Shown: positions 42,085 to 52,716 of the stretch, piece by piece
Numbering within the stretch: position 1 is the first letter of the stretch
Layout of the letters: the number at the start of each line of letters is the position of its first letter
Assembly (NCBI GenBank): GCA_963716745.1
Contig: OY970320.1
Coordinates: 2,784,001 to 2,848,000 of the forward strand
DNA: 64,000 nucleotides
DNA from: an uncultured Gemmatimonadaceae bacterium
GTDB lineage: Bacteria > Gemmatimonadota > Gemmatimonadetes > Gemmatimonadales > Gemmatimonadaceae
Direction of reading: 5' to 3'
The notes under the pieces: model-generated
What the model saw: the letters and a program-made list of their open reading frames with translations, nothing else
Databases searched by the model: none
What the model was told of the DNA's origin: nothing
Made by a program: the position numbers and the translations under genes

Positions 42085-42689
42085 TCACGCTCGCGTCGAC
42101 CGCTCTCGAGGGTCACGGAGTGCGACTCGAACCGCTCGCGGCGTCGCACGAAGCGGCGCTGCGTGAGGCGGCGTCCGACGGCAAACTCTACGAACTCTGG
42201 TACACGGCCGTGCCCATGCCCGGCCTCACGGCCAAGTACATCGCCGACGCGCTCGCGGGGCAGCAGGCGGGGCACATGCTGCCGTGGGCGGTGCGCGATC
42301 TCGCGACGAACACCATCGCGGGCAGCACGCGCTACCATGACATCGTCGCGCCCATCGACCGCGTGGAGATCGGCTACACCTGGTACGGCAAGCGCTGGCA
42401 GCGCACGCATATCAACACCGCGTGCAAGCTGCTGCTGCTCGGCCACGCATTCGACACGCTCAAGTGCGCGGTGGTCGGCCTCCGCACCGACAACTTCAAC
42501 TTCGCGTCGCAACGCGCCATTGCCGCGCTCGGCGCGCATCTCGACGGTGTGATCCGCCACCACCAGGCGCGGCGTGACGGCACCGTGCGAGACAGCGTGA
42601 TGTTCAGCATCCTCGCCGCGGAGTGGTTCGATGTGAAGCGGCACCTGCGCACGCGGCTCGAGCGGCACGGAGGCGCTTCCGGCCACTAA
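42081..42689 (+). CDS. GNAT (RimJ/RimL-like) acetyltransferase
   Basis: VRLEPL...H, EIGYTW, NTACKLLLL.HAF, SQRAI..LGA, RDSVMFSI. Confidence 0.9.
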   Translation: MITLASTALEGHGVRLEPLAASHEAALREAASDGKLYELWYTAVPMPGLTAKYIADALAGQQAGHMLPWAVRDLATNTIAGSTRYHDIVAPIDRVEIGYTWYGKRWQRTHINTACKLLLLGHAFDTLKCAVVGLRTDNFNFASQRAIAALGAHLDGVIRHHQARRDGTVRDSVMFSILAAEWFDVKRHLRTRLERHGGASGH

Positions 42690-42801
42690 GAGAGCCGGGC
42701 GGGGGACGCGGCCGCCTGATGTCCGCTTTTCCGCGTGAGTTCGCGCTTCTCCGGTAGAGGTCAATCACGGCCCGATGTCGGGCCCCTCCCGGAGAACCGC
42801 C

Positions 42802-44488
42802 ATGCGTCATCGACTTCAACTCACGCTCACTCTCGCCGTCATCTCTGTGCGGCGCCCCAGTCATTGCGGCGAGTGCGCAAACCGGATTCGTCAGCCTGCA
42901 CCTCGTTGGCGGGAGCTTCCCCGATGCGAGTCTCTCACGGACCTGGATCCAAGGGCCGAGCGGGCTCGAGGAGATCTTCACGCAGGAGTTCACGCCCGGC
43001 TCCCATACGCTCGCACTCGTGGAAGGCGTCTACGGTCCCTGCCGCGCGACCGCTACAAACGTCACGTTCACTATCGTCGCGAACAAGTGGACCAGCGTAG
43101 ACGTGCCGATCACTTGGCGCGACTGCGCATTCTCGGTGGATGTCTATATGCTCGGCGGCCGCGCGAGTGGCACGGGCGAGGCGATCGTGACCACTGCCTC
43201 GTCGAGCGGCGGCGTCCCGACGAACGCGACCTGCCACAACGTACTCACGAACGCCAACACGCTGACATGGGTCGACTTCCATGCCTGCCACGGTACCATC
43301 GCGTACGGCGCGACGGCGGTGTTGAACGGGATCCCCGATGCGGGCTCCTCCTACTTCTCAGATCCGGATTCGGAGGTGGTGGACTTCTCGCAGATCCAGT
43401 ATCTGCCAAAGGGGGCGAGCTTCGTCGACACGGCCCGCACGCTCCCCGACTATCACTTCAACGCCGATCTCAGCGTCGCCCTCGTCCGTTCCTCGTACGG
43501 CGGACAGGTCATGAGCTCCACCTGGCGCGTCGTGAATCATGGGCCGAACAACGCGTACGCGATCAGCCTCGCCACCCTCGGCGACAGTCTCGAAGATGCG
43601 CCGGATGTCCAGATCGCATGGTCCGCATCGGACGGCAACTGCTACACGTATCCGACGGGCGGCATCAACTGCAGCCTCGCCTACCTCCCGGCCGGCGACA
43701 GCACCACGTTCACACTTCGCTACAGCGGCGCGCCTGATCCCGATCCGAACGCGCCGCCGCCGACGTTGACGCAATTCTGCGTCGGCGTGCGGGTCTCCAG
43801 CGGCAATCCGCCTTACAGCGACGATCCGCCGCCCGACAACAACCAGTCGAACAACACCGCGCCGTGCATTGTGCATGGCCTGCCCGTTACGGTGGCACTC
43901 GGCGGCAGCACGCCACCCAACCAGGTGGTGCAGAAGGGTGCGATCAGCGTGCCGATGCTCGAGTTCGCGCTCACGCCCACATCGCTCGCGACGCTGGACG
44001 ACATCACGATCAAGGCGCAGGGGAGCGGCAATGAGCAGGTCGATGTCACGGCGGTCCGGGTCTATCTCGACCGGAACGGGAACGGCCTCGTTGACGGTAC
44101 CGACTCCGTCCTCGCGAGCGGCGCGTTCGCGGCGAACGACGGCTCGGTGACGCTCACCTTGAACCCCGCCTTCGCGATCACCGCGCCCGTGGACATCCTC
44201 GTCACGTACGACTTCAGCACCACGCTGGCCCAGCGCTTGGGCGGCGGCGCGGCGCTCGCGGTGCTGCCGTTGTTCCTGGTGCCGGCCATGCGTCGCCGGC
44301 GCCGCCTCGCGATGCTCGCGCTGCTCATGGTGTGCGGCGTCACGCTCGCGAGCTGCGGGAGTTCGTCCACCGGTCCGAGTGGCACGAGCACGAGCACCTA
44401 CCAGGCGACACTCACCGGCGTCACCGCGTCGGGATTCACCAAGACCGGCCTCTCGTTACAGGGTGCGACGATCACGATCGACAAGTGA
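42802..44488 (+). CDS. Secreted multi-domain (DUF11/Ig-like) protein with C-terminal membrane hairpin, frameshifts in 5' part
   Basis: GGAGA RBS; ADLSV...V.NHGP..A...C.L..L.AG.S...DNNQSNN (DUF11-like); YLDRNGNG.VD. Confidence 0.68.
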
Positions 44489-44609
44489 TCGCCGGTCGCG
44501 CGCGGTGATACCGCGTCGCGCGTGGGGCGCGTATGTTGGGGCAGCGGATCGTGCGGCGCTCAGGCGGGTTCTCGGGCGCCGCCGTTCCACCGTCCTCTAC
44601 CACTCGCCC

Positions 44610-45185
44610 ATGCCGCCTCAGCCGCCGGCCGCGGCCACGGATCTGGTGCTGGAGCTCTCGCGCGGCGACCAGCGCACGATCGACCGGCTGTTGCCGCTGG
44701 TCTACGCCGAATTGCACGAACTCGCGCAGCGCTACATGCGGCGCGAGCGGCCCGATCATACGCTCACCACCACGGCGCTGGTGCACGAGGCATACCTTCG
44801 CCTCGTGGACCAGACGCGCGTGGAGCTGGCGGACCGCGCGCATTTCGTGGGCGTCGCGGCGATCGCGATGCGCCGCATCCTCGTGGAGCACGCGCGGCGG
44901 CGCAATGTAGAGCGGCACGGCGGCGAACGGCAGCGCGTGAGCTTGAGCGGCATCGCGCTCGCGCAGGACGAGAGCGCCGACGCGGTGCTCGAACTCAACG
45001 ACGCGCTGGAGCGTCTCGCGGCGCTCGACCCGCGGTTGGTGCGCGTCGTGGAGTGCCGCTACTTCCTCGGTCTTACGGAGGAGGAGACCGCCGCCGCGCT
45101 CGGCATCACGGCGCGTACGGTGCGCCGCGACTGGATCAAAGCCAAAGGATGGCTCGCTGCCGCGCTGGACGACGGGCGCGCGTGA
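44610..45185 (+). CDS. ECF sigma factor, TIGR02999/ECF43-like
   Basis: LLPLVYAELH.LA..YMRRER.DHTLTTTALVHEAYLRL; MRRILVEHARRR; VVECRYFLGLT.EE; TVRRDW. Confidence 0.9.
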   Translation: MPPQPPAAATDLVLELSRGDQRTIDRLLPLVYAELHELAQRYMRRERPDHTLTTTALVHEAYLRLVDQTRVELADRAHFVGVAAIAMRRILVEHARRRNVERHGGERQRVSLSGIALAQDESADAVLELNDALERLAALDPRLVRVVECRYFLGLTEEETAAALGITARTVRRDWIKAKGWLAAALDDGRA

Positions 45186-47914
45186 CAAAGGCCGATCTCA
45201 ACGCCTGGGAGCGGATCGAGCCGATCCTGGAGCAGGCGCTCGATCTCCCGAAGGCCGAGCGCGGCGCGTTCCTGGCACGTGCGTGCGGCGCGGACCACGA
45301 ATTGCGCACGCGCGTCGAGCGGATGCTCGTGGCAGGCGAGGACCCGAACGGCCCGCTCGAGCGGTCGATCGCCGATGTCGCGGGCCCGTTGATGATCGAG
45401 CTCGAAGAGGAAGATCGGTCCGCGCGTGCGGCTTGGCGATACGGTGGGCGTGTGGCGTCTCGTGCGGGTGCTCGGCGAGGGCGGGCATGGGCGAGGTCTT
45501 CTTCGCCGAGCGCGCGGACGGGCAGTTCTCTCAGACGGCGGCGCTCAAGCTGATTCGCCGCGGCCGCGAGCACGACCCGCTGCTCATTCGCCGCTTCCTC
45601 GAGGAGCGGCGCATCCTCGCGACGCTCGCGCATCCGGGCGTCGCGCGCCTGCTCGATGGCGGCGTCACCGACGCGGGATTGCCATGGTTCGCCATGGAGT
45701 ACGTCGCGGGACGGCCGCTCGATCGCTACTGCGACGACCTCAAGCTCGGCGTGCCCGCCCGTCTCGCGCTCATGGAGCAAGTGCTCGGCGCGGTCGTGTA
45801 CGCGCACCAGAATCTGCTCGTGCACCGCGACCTCAAGCCCGCGAACATCTTCGTCACCGATGCCGGCGTCGTGAAGTTGCTGGACTTCGGCATCGCGAAG
45901 TTGCTCGGCGACCAAGGCGCCTCGGATCCGGAAACGACGCTCGCGTACGGGCGCGTGATGACGCCGGAGTACGCCTCGCCGGAACAGGTGCGCGGCGAGC
46001 GCGTGACCGCGGCCACGGACATCTACTCGCTCGGCGCGGTGCTGTACCAACTGCTCACCGGGCAGCGCGCGCACCGCTTCGAGAAGCGTACCGCGGCGGA
46101 GATCGAGCGCGTCGTGTGCTCCACCGATCCGGAGGCGCCGAGCCGCACGACGCGGCGATGCGCCGTCGCGTCGTCTGCTCTCGGGCGATCTGGACACGAT
46201 CGTGCTCAAGGCCCTGCAGAAGGATCCCGCGCGCCGATACGCATCCGCCGAGGCGATGCTCGAGGACCTGCGGCGGTACCGGGAAGGCAGGCCGGTGCTC
46301 GCGCGTCCGGACTCCTTCGGCTATCGCGCGGGGAAATTCGTCGGCCGTCACCGCGTGGGCGTCGCGGCCGCGGCGGTGGTCGCGCTCGCGGTGATCGGCG
46401 GTGTGGCGAGCACCATCTATCAGGCGCGCGCCGCACGGATCGAGGCGGCGCGCGCCGATCGGGTGAAGGAGTTCCTGGTGGATCTGCTGCATCAGGCGGA
46501 TCCCAATATCGCCCTGGGGCGGGAATTCTCCGTGCGCCAGCTGCTGGACCGCGGCACGCAGCAGGTGGATAGCCTGATGGCGAGCGAGCCCGCGGTGGCC
46601 GCCGAGTTGTACGAGGTGCTGGGAAACACGTACGCGCACCTCGATCTCGTTGCGCAGGCCGACAGTCTCCATCGGAAGGGGTTGGCGGCGTCGCGGCTGG
46701 TGTACGGCGCGGGGTCGCAGGAAGTGCTCGATCAAGTGATGGCCGTGGCGTGGGGCTTGAACGACCGCGGCGAATATCGCGAAGCGGATTCGCTGCTCAC
46801 CGGCGCGCTGGCGGCGTATCGCGCAGCGGGCGGCGAGGAGAGCCAGGCGCTGTCGGATGCGCTCGACATCCTCGCGACGGCGAAGAAGCGGCTGGACCAG
46901 CCGGCCGCGGCGGAATCGCTCTATCGGCAGTCGCTCGCGATGCAGGTGCGGCTCACAGGGGCGAACGACACGATCACCGCGTCGCGGTTGAGCGATCTCG
47001 GTTCGCTGCTTTCGGCGCAGGACCGGCTCGTCGCAGCCGAGTCGGCGGTCACAGCGGCGCAGCTGCACCGGCGCGGCGTGCTCGCGCCGCTGGATGTGAA
47101 GTTCCTCGTGGGCGAGTCGAACCTCGCGATGATCGAGATGAAGCGCGGCGATCTCGTGGCGGCGGCGCCACGCTTGCAGACGGCCGTGTCGGGCCTGGAG
47201 CAGGTGGATGTCGGCGGCGGTCTGAATCTCGCGCGTGCGCTCGACCGCATGGCGCTGTTCGAGTCGATGCGGTTCCACGATAGCGCGGCCGTCGCGACAT
47301 CGCAGCGCGCGAGCGAAATGTTCCGGAGCGTGATGGGCGCGGGGCATCCGGAGGCGCTGAACAGTCTCTCGTTGCTCGCGTCGTACCAGGCGGCGCTCGG
47401 CGAGGGCGCGTCCGGCGATCGCGAATGCGACGGCAGCGTATGCAGGCCTGCAGCGAAGCGCGTCGGAGAGCGGCACGACCTCTCGTTGAACGCGGGGCAG
47501 CGGCTCGCGTTCATTCGGCTTCAGGCGGGCAACGGGCGCGAGGCCGGGATCGTCGCGAAGCCGGTGATGGCGTACGTGCAGGAGCGGTACGGGCGCATCC
47601 CGCCCTCGTTCGCGCGGCTCCTGGCCGCCGGGGCCGGCGCGCGGGCGGCCGAGGGCGATGCGAGCGGCGCAGACTCACTTTATCGTGCGGCGCTCGCGGC
47701 ACTGGCGGGCGGTACGCGCGTGGACAGCGCGGCGTATCCGGCGATCGTCGCGGAGTATGGCGCGTTCCTCGTCGCGCACGGGGAAACGCGGGTGGCCGAG
47801 GCGGAACTGAGGCCGGCGCTCGCATTCATTCCGGCGAGCGCGGATTCCGGAACGTTCGTCCGCGCGCTCCTGCGAACGCAATTGACCAGGAGTCTCGCGG
47901 CGCCGCAGCGCTAG
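45182..47914 (+). CDS. Ser/Thr protein kinase with TM helix and TPR-like C-terminus, frameshifted
   Basis: WERIEPILEQALD N-domain; GMGEV; HRDLKPAN; DFGIAK; TPEYASPE; breaks near 45425, 45480 and 46160-46190. Confidence 0.9.
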
Positions 47915-47930
47915 ACGTTAGAATTCCGGG

Positions 47931-49161
47931 GTGCGCACTGTGACCCGTGCCCTCATCGTCATCGCCGCCGTCGGCGCGCTCGCGTGCGGCGGCAGGAGGA
48001 ACACGCGCCCGTCGCAGTCGTACATCTTCGCATTCGCGGGCGCCGATGATGTGAAGGGGACGGGAAGTGATCTGCTCGCGGTGATCGACGCGGATCCCAA
48101 GAGCGCGTCGTACGCGATGGTCGTGGGGGCCGTGCCGCTGAACGCGGCGGGCACGATGCCGCACCACACCGAGATGCGAATGCCGTCGCACGACCGGTGG
48201 CTCTTCGCGAACGCCTATATGGCGGGGCGCACGTATCTCTTCGACCTCACGGACCCTCTCGCGCCGCGGATCGCGGCCACGATCGACAGCATCCCGGGAT
48301 TCTCGCACCCGCACAGCTTCACGCGGCTCGATGATGGCCGCGTGGTGGCCACGCTGCAGTTCGGCAACGGCCGCGCGCCGGGCGATCCCGGCGGACTCGC
48401 GATCTTCTCGCCGCAGGGGAAACTGCTGCAGACCGTGAGTTCGGCGGACGCGGCGTTCAAGGGCGCGCCGATCCGAACGTACTCGATGGACATCGCGCCG
48501 GCCGCGGACCGGATCGTCACGACCAGTTCGCCGATGGAGCGACATTCCGAGCGCGGATGTGATCCAGCTGTGGCGGCTGTCGGATCTCTCGCTGCTCAAG
48601 ACTGTCGCGATGCCGACGATCGCCGGCGACTCCACGTCGCGGCTCCCGTTCGAGGTGCGTTTCCTGCCGGGCGACACGTCGGCGTTCCTCAACACGTGGA
48701 ATTGCGGATTCTTCTATCTCTCGGGGCTCAAGGGTTCGTCGCCCACCGTGGAGCACGTGCTGTCGTTGCCGCAGCCGCGTTATAGTGCATGCGGCGTGCC
48801 GCTGCTGTTCTCACATTTTTGGATCATGCCCGTGGGAACGGCGAGAGTGTATCTCGTCTATGACATCGCGGACCCGCACCATCCGAGGCAAGTGAGCGTC
48901 TTCGCGCCGGCCCCGACGTACGATCCGCATTGGACGGCGCGCGAACCGCACACCGACCGGATCGTGCTCACGTCGAACAGCGGGGATCATCGCCTGCTCA
49001 TCGCGCGGTTCGATTCCGTTGCGGGTGTGCTCTCGCTCGACACGACGTTCCGGGACCCCGTCACGAAGCGGTTGGGCGTGGACTTCAACCGGCGCTCGTG
49101 GCCGGGCGGAGAGTACGGTCCGGCGCTCCCGCACGCCGCCATCTTCAGCGCACCGCAATGA
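47931..49161 (+). CDS. Selenium-binding-protein/methanethiol-oxidase-like beta-propeller lipoprotein, one frameshift
   Basis: Lipobox ALAC; DLLAVIDADP.S, MPHHTE, HPHSF, PHW, PHAAIF. Confidence 0.68.
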
Positions 49162-49547
49162 CGACATTCCTCTCCGTCGCGCCGCAGTTCAGCGTGCCCG
49201 ATGTGCTCGGCACCGCGCACTGGTACCGCGACATGCTCGGCTTCGAGATCACGAACCAGCTCGATCTTGAGAATGGGAGCGGCACCGTGTTCGCGATCGT
49301 TCGCCGTGGAGCGATCGAGATCTTCCTGAGCCGGGCCGACAAGCCGGGCGCGCCGACGAATCGCGCACGAGTTGCGTACGACGCGTATCTGCGCGTGACC
49401 GGCGTGGACGCGCTCGCCGCCGAGTTGCGCGCGCGCGGGGTGGAGATCGTGGAGGAGACCACCGATCGCGTCTATGAACAAAGGGAGCTCGTGATCAAGG
49501 ACTGCAACGGGCTGATCCTGGCATTCGGAGAGGCGCTCGGCCGGTGA
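49158..49547 (+). CDS. VOC/glyoxalase family protein
   Basis: WYRDMLGF, AYLRVTGVDAL..EL, YEQREL.IKDCNG. Confidence 0.86.
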   Translation: MTTFLSVAPQFSVPDVLGTAHWYRDMLGFEITNQLDLENGSGTVFAIVRRGAIEIFLSRADKPGAPTNRARVAYDAYLRVTGVDALAAELRARGVEIVEETTDRVYEQRELVIKDCNGLILAFGEALGR

Positions 49548-50038
49548 GCAGCGACTACGTGACGGATCTCACCGACACCGTGGCACGGGTGACGCCGCGG
49601 CTTCTTGCGGTGCCCGACGATGTGAACGCGAAGCGCCCCGCACCGGGCAAGTGGTCGGCCAAGGAGATCGTCGGCCATCTCATCGATTCCGCGTCGAATA
49701 ATCATCAGCGGTTCGTTCGCGCGCGGTGGCAGGATGATCTGATCTTCCTGCCGTACGATCAGGACGCGTGGGTCGCGGCGCAGGACTATCAGAACGCGCC
49801 GTGGCCCGTTCTCGTGGCGCTCTGGTCGTCGTACAACCGGCACATTGCGCGCGTGATGGCCGGTGTGCCAGAGGAGGTGCGCATGAAACAGCATCGCAGG
49901 CACAATCTGCACGAGCTCGCGTGGCGCGAGGTACCGGCCGACCAGCCGGCGACGCTCGATTATTTCATGGCGGACTACGTGGCGCATCTGCATCACCATC
50001 TCCGACAGATCGGCGAGCGGGTCGGAGTCGCACTGTGA
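49544..50038 (+). CDS. DinB family protein
   Basis: RPAPGKWSAKEIVGHLIDSASNNHQRF, YDQDAWV, DYVAHLHHHL. Confidence 0.9.
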   Translation: MSSDYVTDLTDTVARVTPRLLAVPDDVNAKRPAPGKWSAKEIVGHLIDSASNNHQRFVRARWQDDLIFLPYDQDAWVAAQDYQNAPWPVLVALWSSYNRHIARVMAGVPEEVRMKQHRRHNLHELAWREVPADQPATLDYFMADYVAHLHHHLRQIGERVGVAL

Positions 50039-50189
50039 TCGCCTTCATCATCGCCATGGTGGCGTTCCTCCGAACTGAACGCTCGGGCGACGTCGCGCGG
50101 CTCTCCAGGATCCCGGCATTTGAGGCGCTACGGAAGTGGATCTCCCGGGGCGTTCATCGCGTCAAATGGCCGTGGGCAGCCGAGTGACT

Positions 50190-50366
50190 ACGCGGATGGC
50201 GTGGCGCGAGGAGAGCGCGCCCTCGTCACCGCGCCGCGCGCCGGCGGTGTGGTTTTTCGACGACAAGCTGTACATGGCCGGCGGCAAGTATTCCGTGCTG
50301 GAGAACGGTTCGCCACATTTCGTGTACCGCAACGACGTGTGGGCACTCGTGAGAGCAGACCAATGA
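50190..50366 (+). pseudogene. Remnant of a Kelch-repeat protein (C-terminal fragment)
   Basis: WREESAP.SPRRAPAVWFFDDKLYMAGGKYS...YRNDVWAL with no room upstream for the rest of a propeller. Confidence 0.5.
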
Positions 50367-50725
50367 ACGTCGGCATGATACTGAAGCGCTTCGAGCGGCC
50401 CGACGAGTGCCGCGAGATGACGCTCGGACGCTTCGAGGTCGTGAAGCTCGGCGGCATGACGATCGGGCGCGCGACGTATCAGCCCGGGTGGAAGTGGTCG
50501 GTGCACGTCGGGCCGACCGTCGGCGCGCCGCTTTGTACCGTGGAGCACGTGGGCCTCGTGATCGCGGGCGCGGCGACGGCCGCCTTCGAGGATGGGACCG
50601 TGATCGAGATGGGCGCGGGGGATCTCTTCCACATTCCCGCGCGGCCGCACGATAGTTGGGTCATTGGCAACGAACCGTACGTTTCGCTTCATTTTCTGGG
50701 GGCCGAACACTACGCGAGGAGATGA
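50363..50725 (+). CDS. Cupin domain protein
   Basis: KRFERPDE, ATYQPGWKWS.HV, C.VEH.G, PHDSWV.G. Confidence 0.85.
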   Translation: MNVGMILKRFERPDECREMTLGRFEVVKLGGMTIGRATYQPGWKWSVHVGPTVGAPLCTVEHVGLVIAGAATAAFEDGTVIEMGAGDLFHIPARPHDSWVIGNEPYVSLHFLGAEHYARR

Positions 50726-50729
50726 TCCC

Positions 50730-50882
50730 ATGATCCGCAAACTCAAATCCGGGAAGTATCGCTTGTACTCCCGCAAGAAGAACCCGCGCACGGGGAAGCG
50801 TCGCAACCTGGGCACCTTCGGCACGCGGGCCGCGGCGCAGAAGCACGAGCGCGCGGTCCAATTCTTCAAGCGGCAAGGGTAG
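50730..50882 (+). CDS. Small basic hypothetical protein (50 aa)
   Basis: GAGGAG RBS; MIRKLKSGKYRLYSRKKNPRTGKRRNLGTF...HERAVQFFKR. Confidence 0.75.
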   Translation: MIRKLKSGKYRLYSRKKNPRTGKRRNLGTFGTRAAAQKHERAVQFFKRQG

Positions 50883-50890
50883 CAGCCAGA

Positions 50891-51322
50891 ATGAGAGTCG
50901 CGATCGCACGGTTGTCGCTGAGTCTCGTGCTCGCGACAGCTCACCAGGCGGGCGCACCCATCAAGGCGACGATATCCAACACCTGCGCGCCATGGGATGG
51001 CAGTGCCTTCATGATCGCTGTCCCCGCCCACGGTCTCGCTGGCGCGAGCGACAGCGCGGTGATCCGAATCTCGATCTGGCAGGCGCCGAATCTGAAGGAC
51101 TCGGTGAGCTTTCGTTTTCCGGACCGCGATGGCAAGACGGGTAACGCATACTATGCTGTCGGAAAGAACATGCCCGTGGAGCTCGGTGGGCGAGTCACAT
51201 TCCAACGCGTGATGGCGAGCGCGCCGGTGCGCGGCGACTTCGATCTCGTCTCGCCCGCCGGCGTTCGCTATCGCGCGGCATTCGAGGCGAGCTGGACCCA
51301 GGTTCACGCGCTCTGCGGCTAG
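50891..51322 (+). CDS. Secreted hypothetical protein
   Basis: Signal peptide; CAPWDG.AF; C-terminal LCG (possible disulfide). Confidence 0.65.
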   Translation: MRVAIARLSLSLVLATAHQAGAPIKATISNTCAPWDGSAFMIAVPAHGLAGASDSAVIRISIWQAPNLKDSVSFRFPDRDGKTGNAYYAVGKNMPVELGGRVTFQRVMASAPVRGDFDLVSPAGVRYRAAFEASWTQVHALCG

Positions 51323-51333
51323 AGGGAGACCTC

Positions 51334-52187
51334 ATGCGCATTCCGAAAATGTGGGCGTCCACCTCCGCGACGGTCTCGACGCGCGATGGCAAGGAGTTGC
51401 CGCTGAAGTGCTTTCGGTTGGTCCGATGCGAGCCTCGACGAAGCGCGCTCGCGCGCAAAGGACGCCCTCGCGCGACTCTCGGCGCGCGTCACCAGCGGCG
51501 CGGATTTCCCGGAACCGTATACCTACGCCAACCGCCCCATCCGCGAGCAGATCCTCGAGGAATTGCGCGATCCGTCGGGCGAGCTGGAAGCGCTGGTCAC
51601 GCGGAACGGCTACGGTGCCGAGGTGCTGAATACGGCGCGGTTGATGTTCGTGGATGTCGATGACCCGCCGGGGCAGGGCGGACTCGATGGCGCTGCTCAA
51701 GCGAATGTTCGGCGGCGCGCCGCCGCCGGCGGAGCCGACGATGCCCGAAACGATCTCGTCGTTCGCGACCGCGCATCCCGATTGGGCGTTGCGCGTCTAT
51801 CGTACGCGCGCCGGCTGGCGCGTGCTCGTCACGCACGACCTATTCGATCCCGCGTCGCGCGAGACCGCGGCGACGCTCGCCGCGTTCGGCTCCGATCCCA
51901 AGTACGTGGAGCTCACGCGCGTGCAGGAATGCTTTCGTGCGCGGCTCACGCCCAAGCCGTGGCGCTGCGGTCTGCCGCGGCCGGATCGCCTCTTCCCGCG
52001 TGAGGATGCCGCGGCCGACCGCGCCCATGACGACTGGCTCAAGCGCTACGACGCCGCCAGCACCCGTTATGCGACATGCCGTTTCGTAGGATCACTCGGC
52101 CGCGGCCGCGCCTGCGAGACTGCGCTGCGGCTGATCGCGCGGCATGACCGGGCCACCCACACCGACGATCGGTTGCCGCTCGCGTAG
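51334..52187 (+). CDS. Conserved hypothetical protein, frameshifted
   Basis: GGGAG RBS; YTYANRPIREQILEE, VTRNGYGA.VLNT..LMFVDVD, RVYRT.AG.RVLVT, SDP.Y..L...QECFRARLTPKPWR. Confidence 0.7.
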
Positions 52188-52188
52188 C

Positions 52189-52716
52189 TCAGTGCTCGGC
52201 CCGCGTATCGACGGCGACCCAGTTGAGCTCCCAGGTCTTGCCGCCGTCGGGAGAGAACGACTGCTCGAACCGCACCGAGTCCGCCGACACCGGGATGATC
52301 ACGAAGCGCACGAAGATCGCGCGACCGTCGAACGTTTCCTGGTCGAAGAACTCGCCGCGGCCATTCGTGAATTCGCCAATGGTCGGCTGGCTCATCGTAC
52401 CGCCTTTGGCGCTCGCGAAGTTCAGGCTCCATTGGTGCGACTGCGGATCGTAGAGCCGCAGGTTGAGCCCCTCGAAGTGACCGGCGGGGCCGTCGACGAC
52501 CAACTCGACCAGGTTCGCGCGGCCCTCCCACACCTTGCTCACGACGCTCGTGCCGTCGTACTCGACCCACGTGGTGGAGCCCGAGAGCGGATGCATGAGC
52601 CGGCGGAGGTGCGTGTGCCAGCGGCCGAATTCGAAATCAAAATCGTGCGAACCATCGCGCGGTGCGGCGAGCAGCGTGGCGCAGCAGATGAGGGCGATCA
52701 GCGGTCGTTCAATCAT
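52189..52716 (-). CDS. Secreted DUF1579-like protein
   Basis: RDGSHDFDF..G.W, LRLYDP....WS, FEQSFSPDGGKTWE.NW. Confidence 0.75.
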   Translation of the reverse strand: MIERPLIALICCATLLAAPRDGSHDFDFEFGRWHTHLRRLMHPLSGSTTWVEYDGTSVVSKVWEGRANLVELVVDGPAGHFEGLNLRLYDPQSHQWSLNFASAKGGTMSQPTIGEFTNGRGEFFDQETFDGRAIFVRFVIIPVSADSVRFEQSFSPDGGKTWELNWVAVDTRAEH

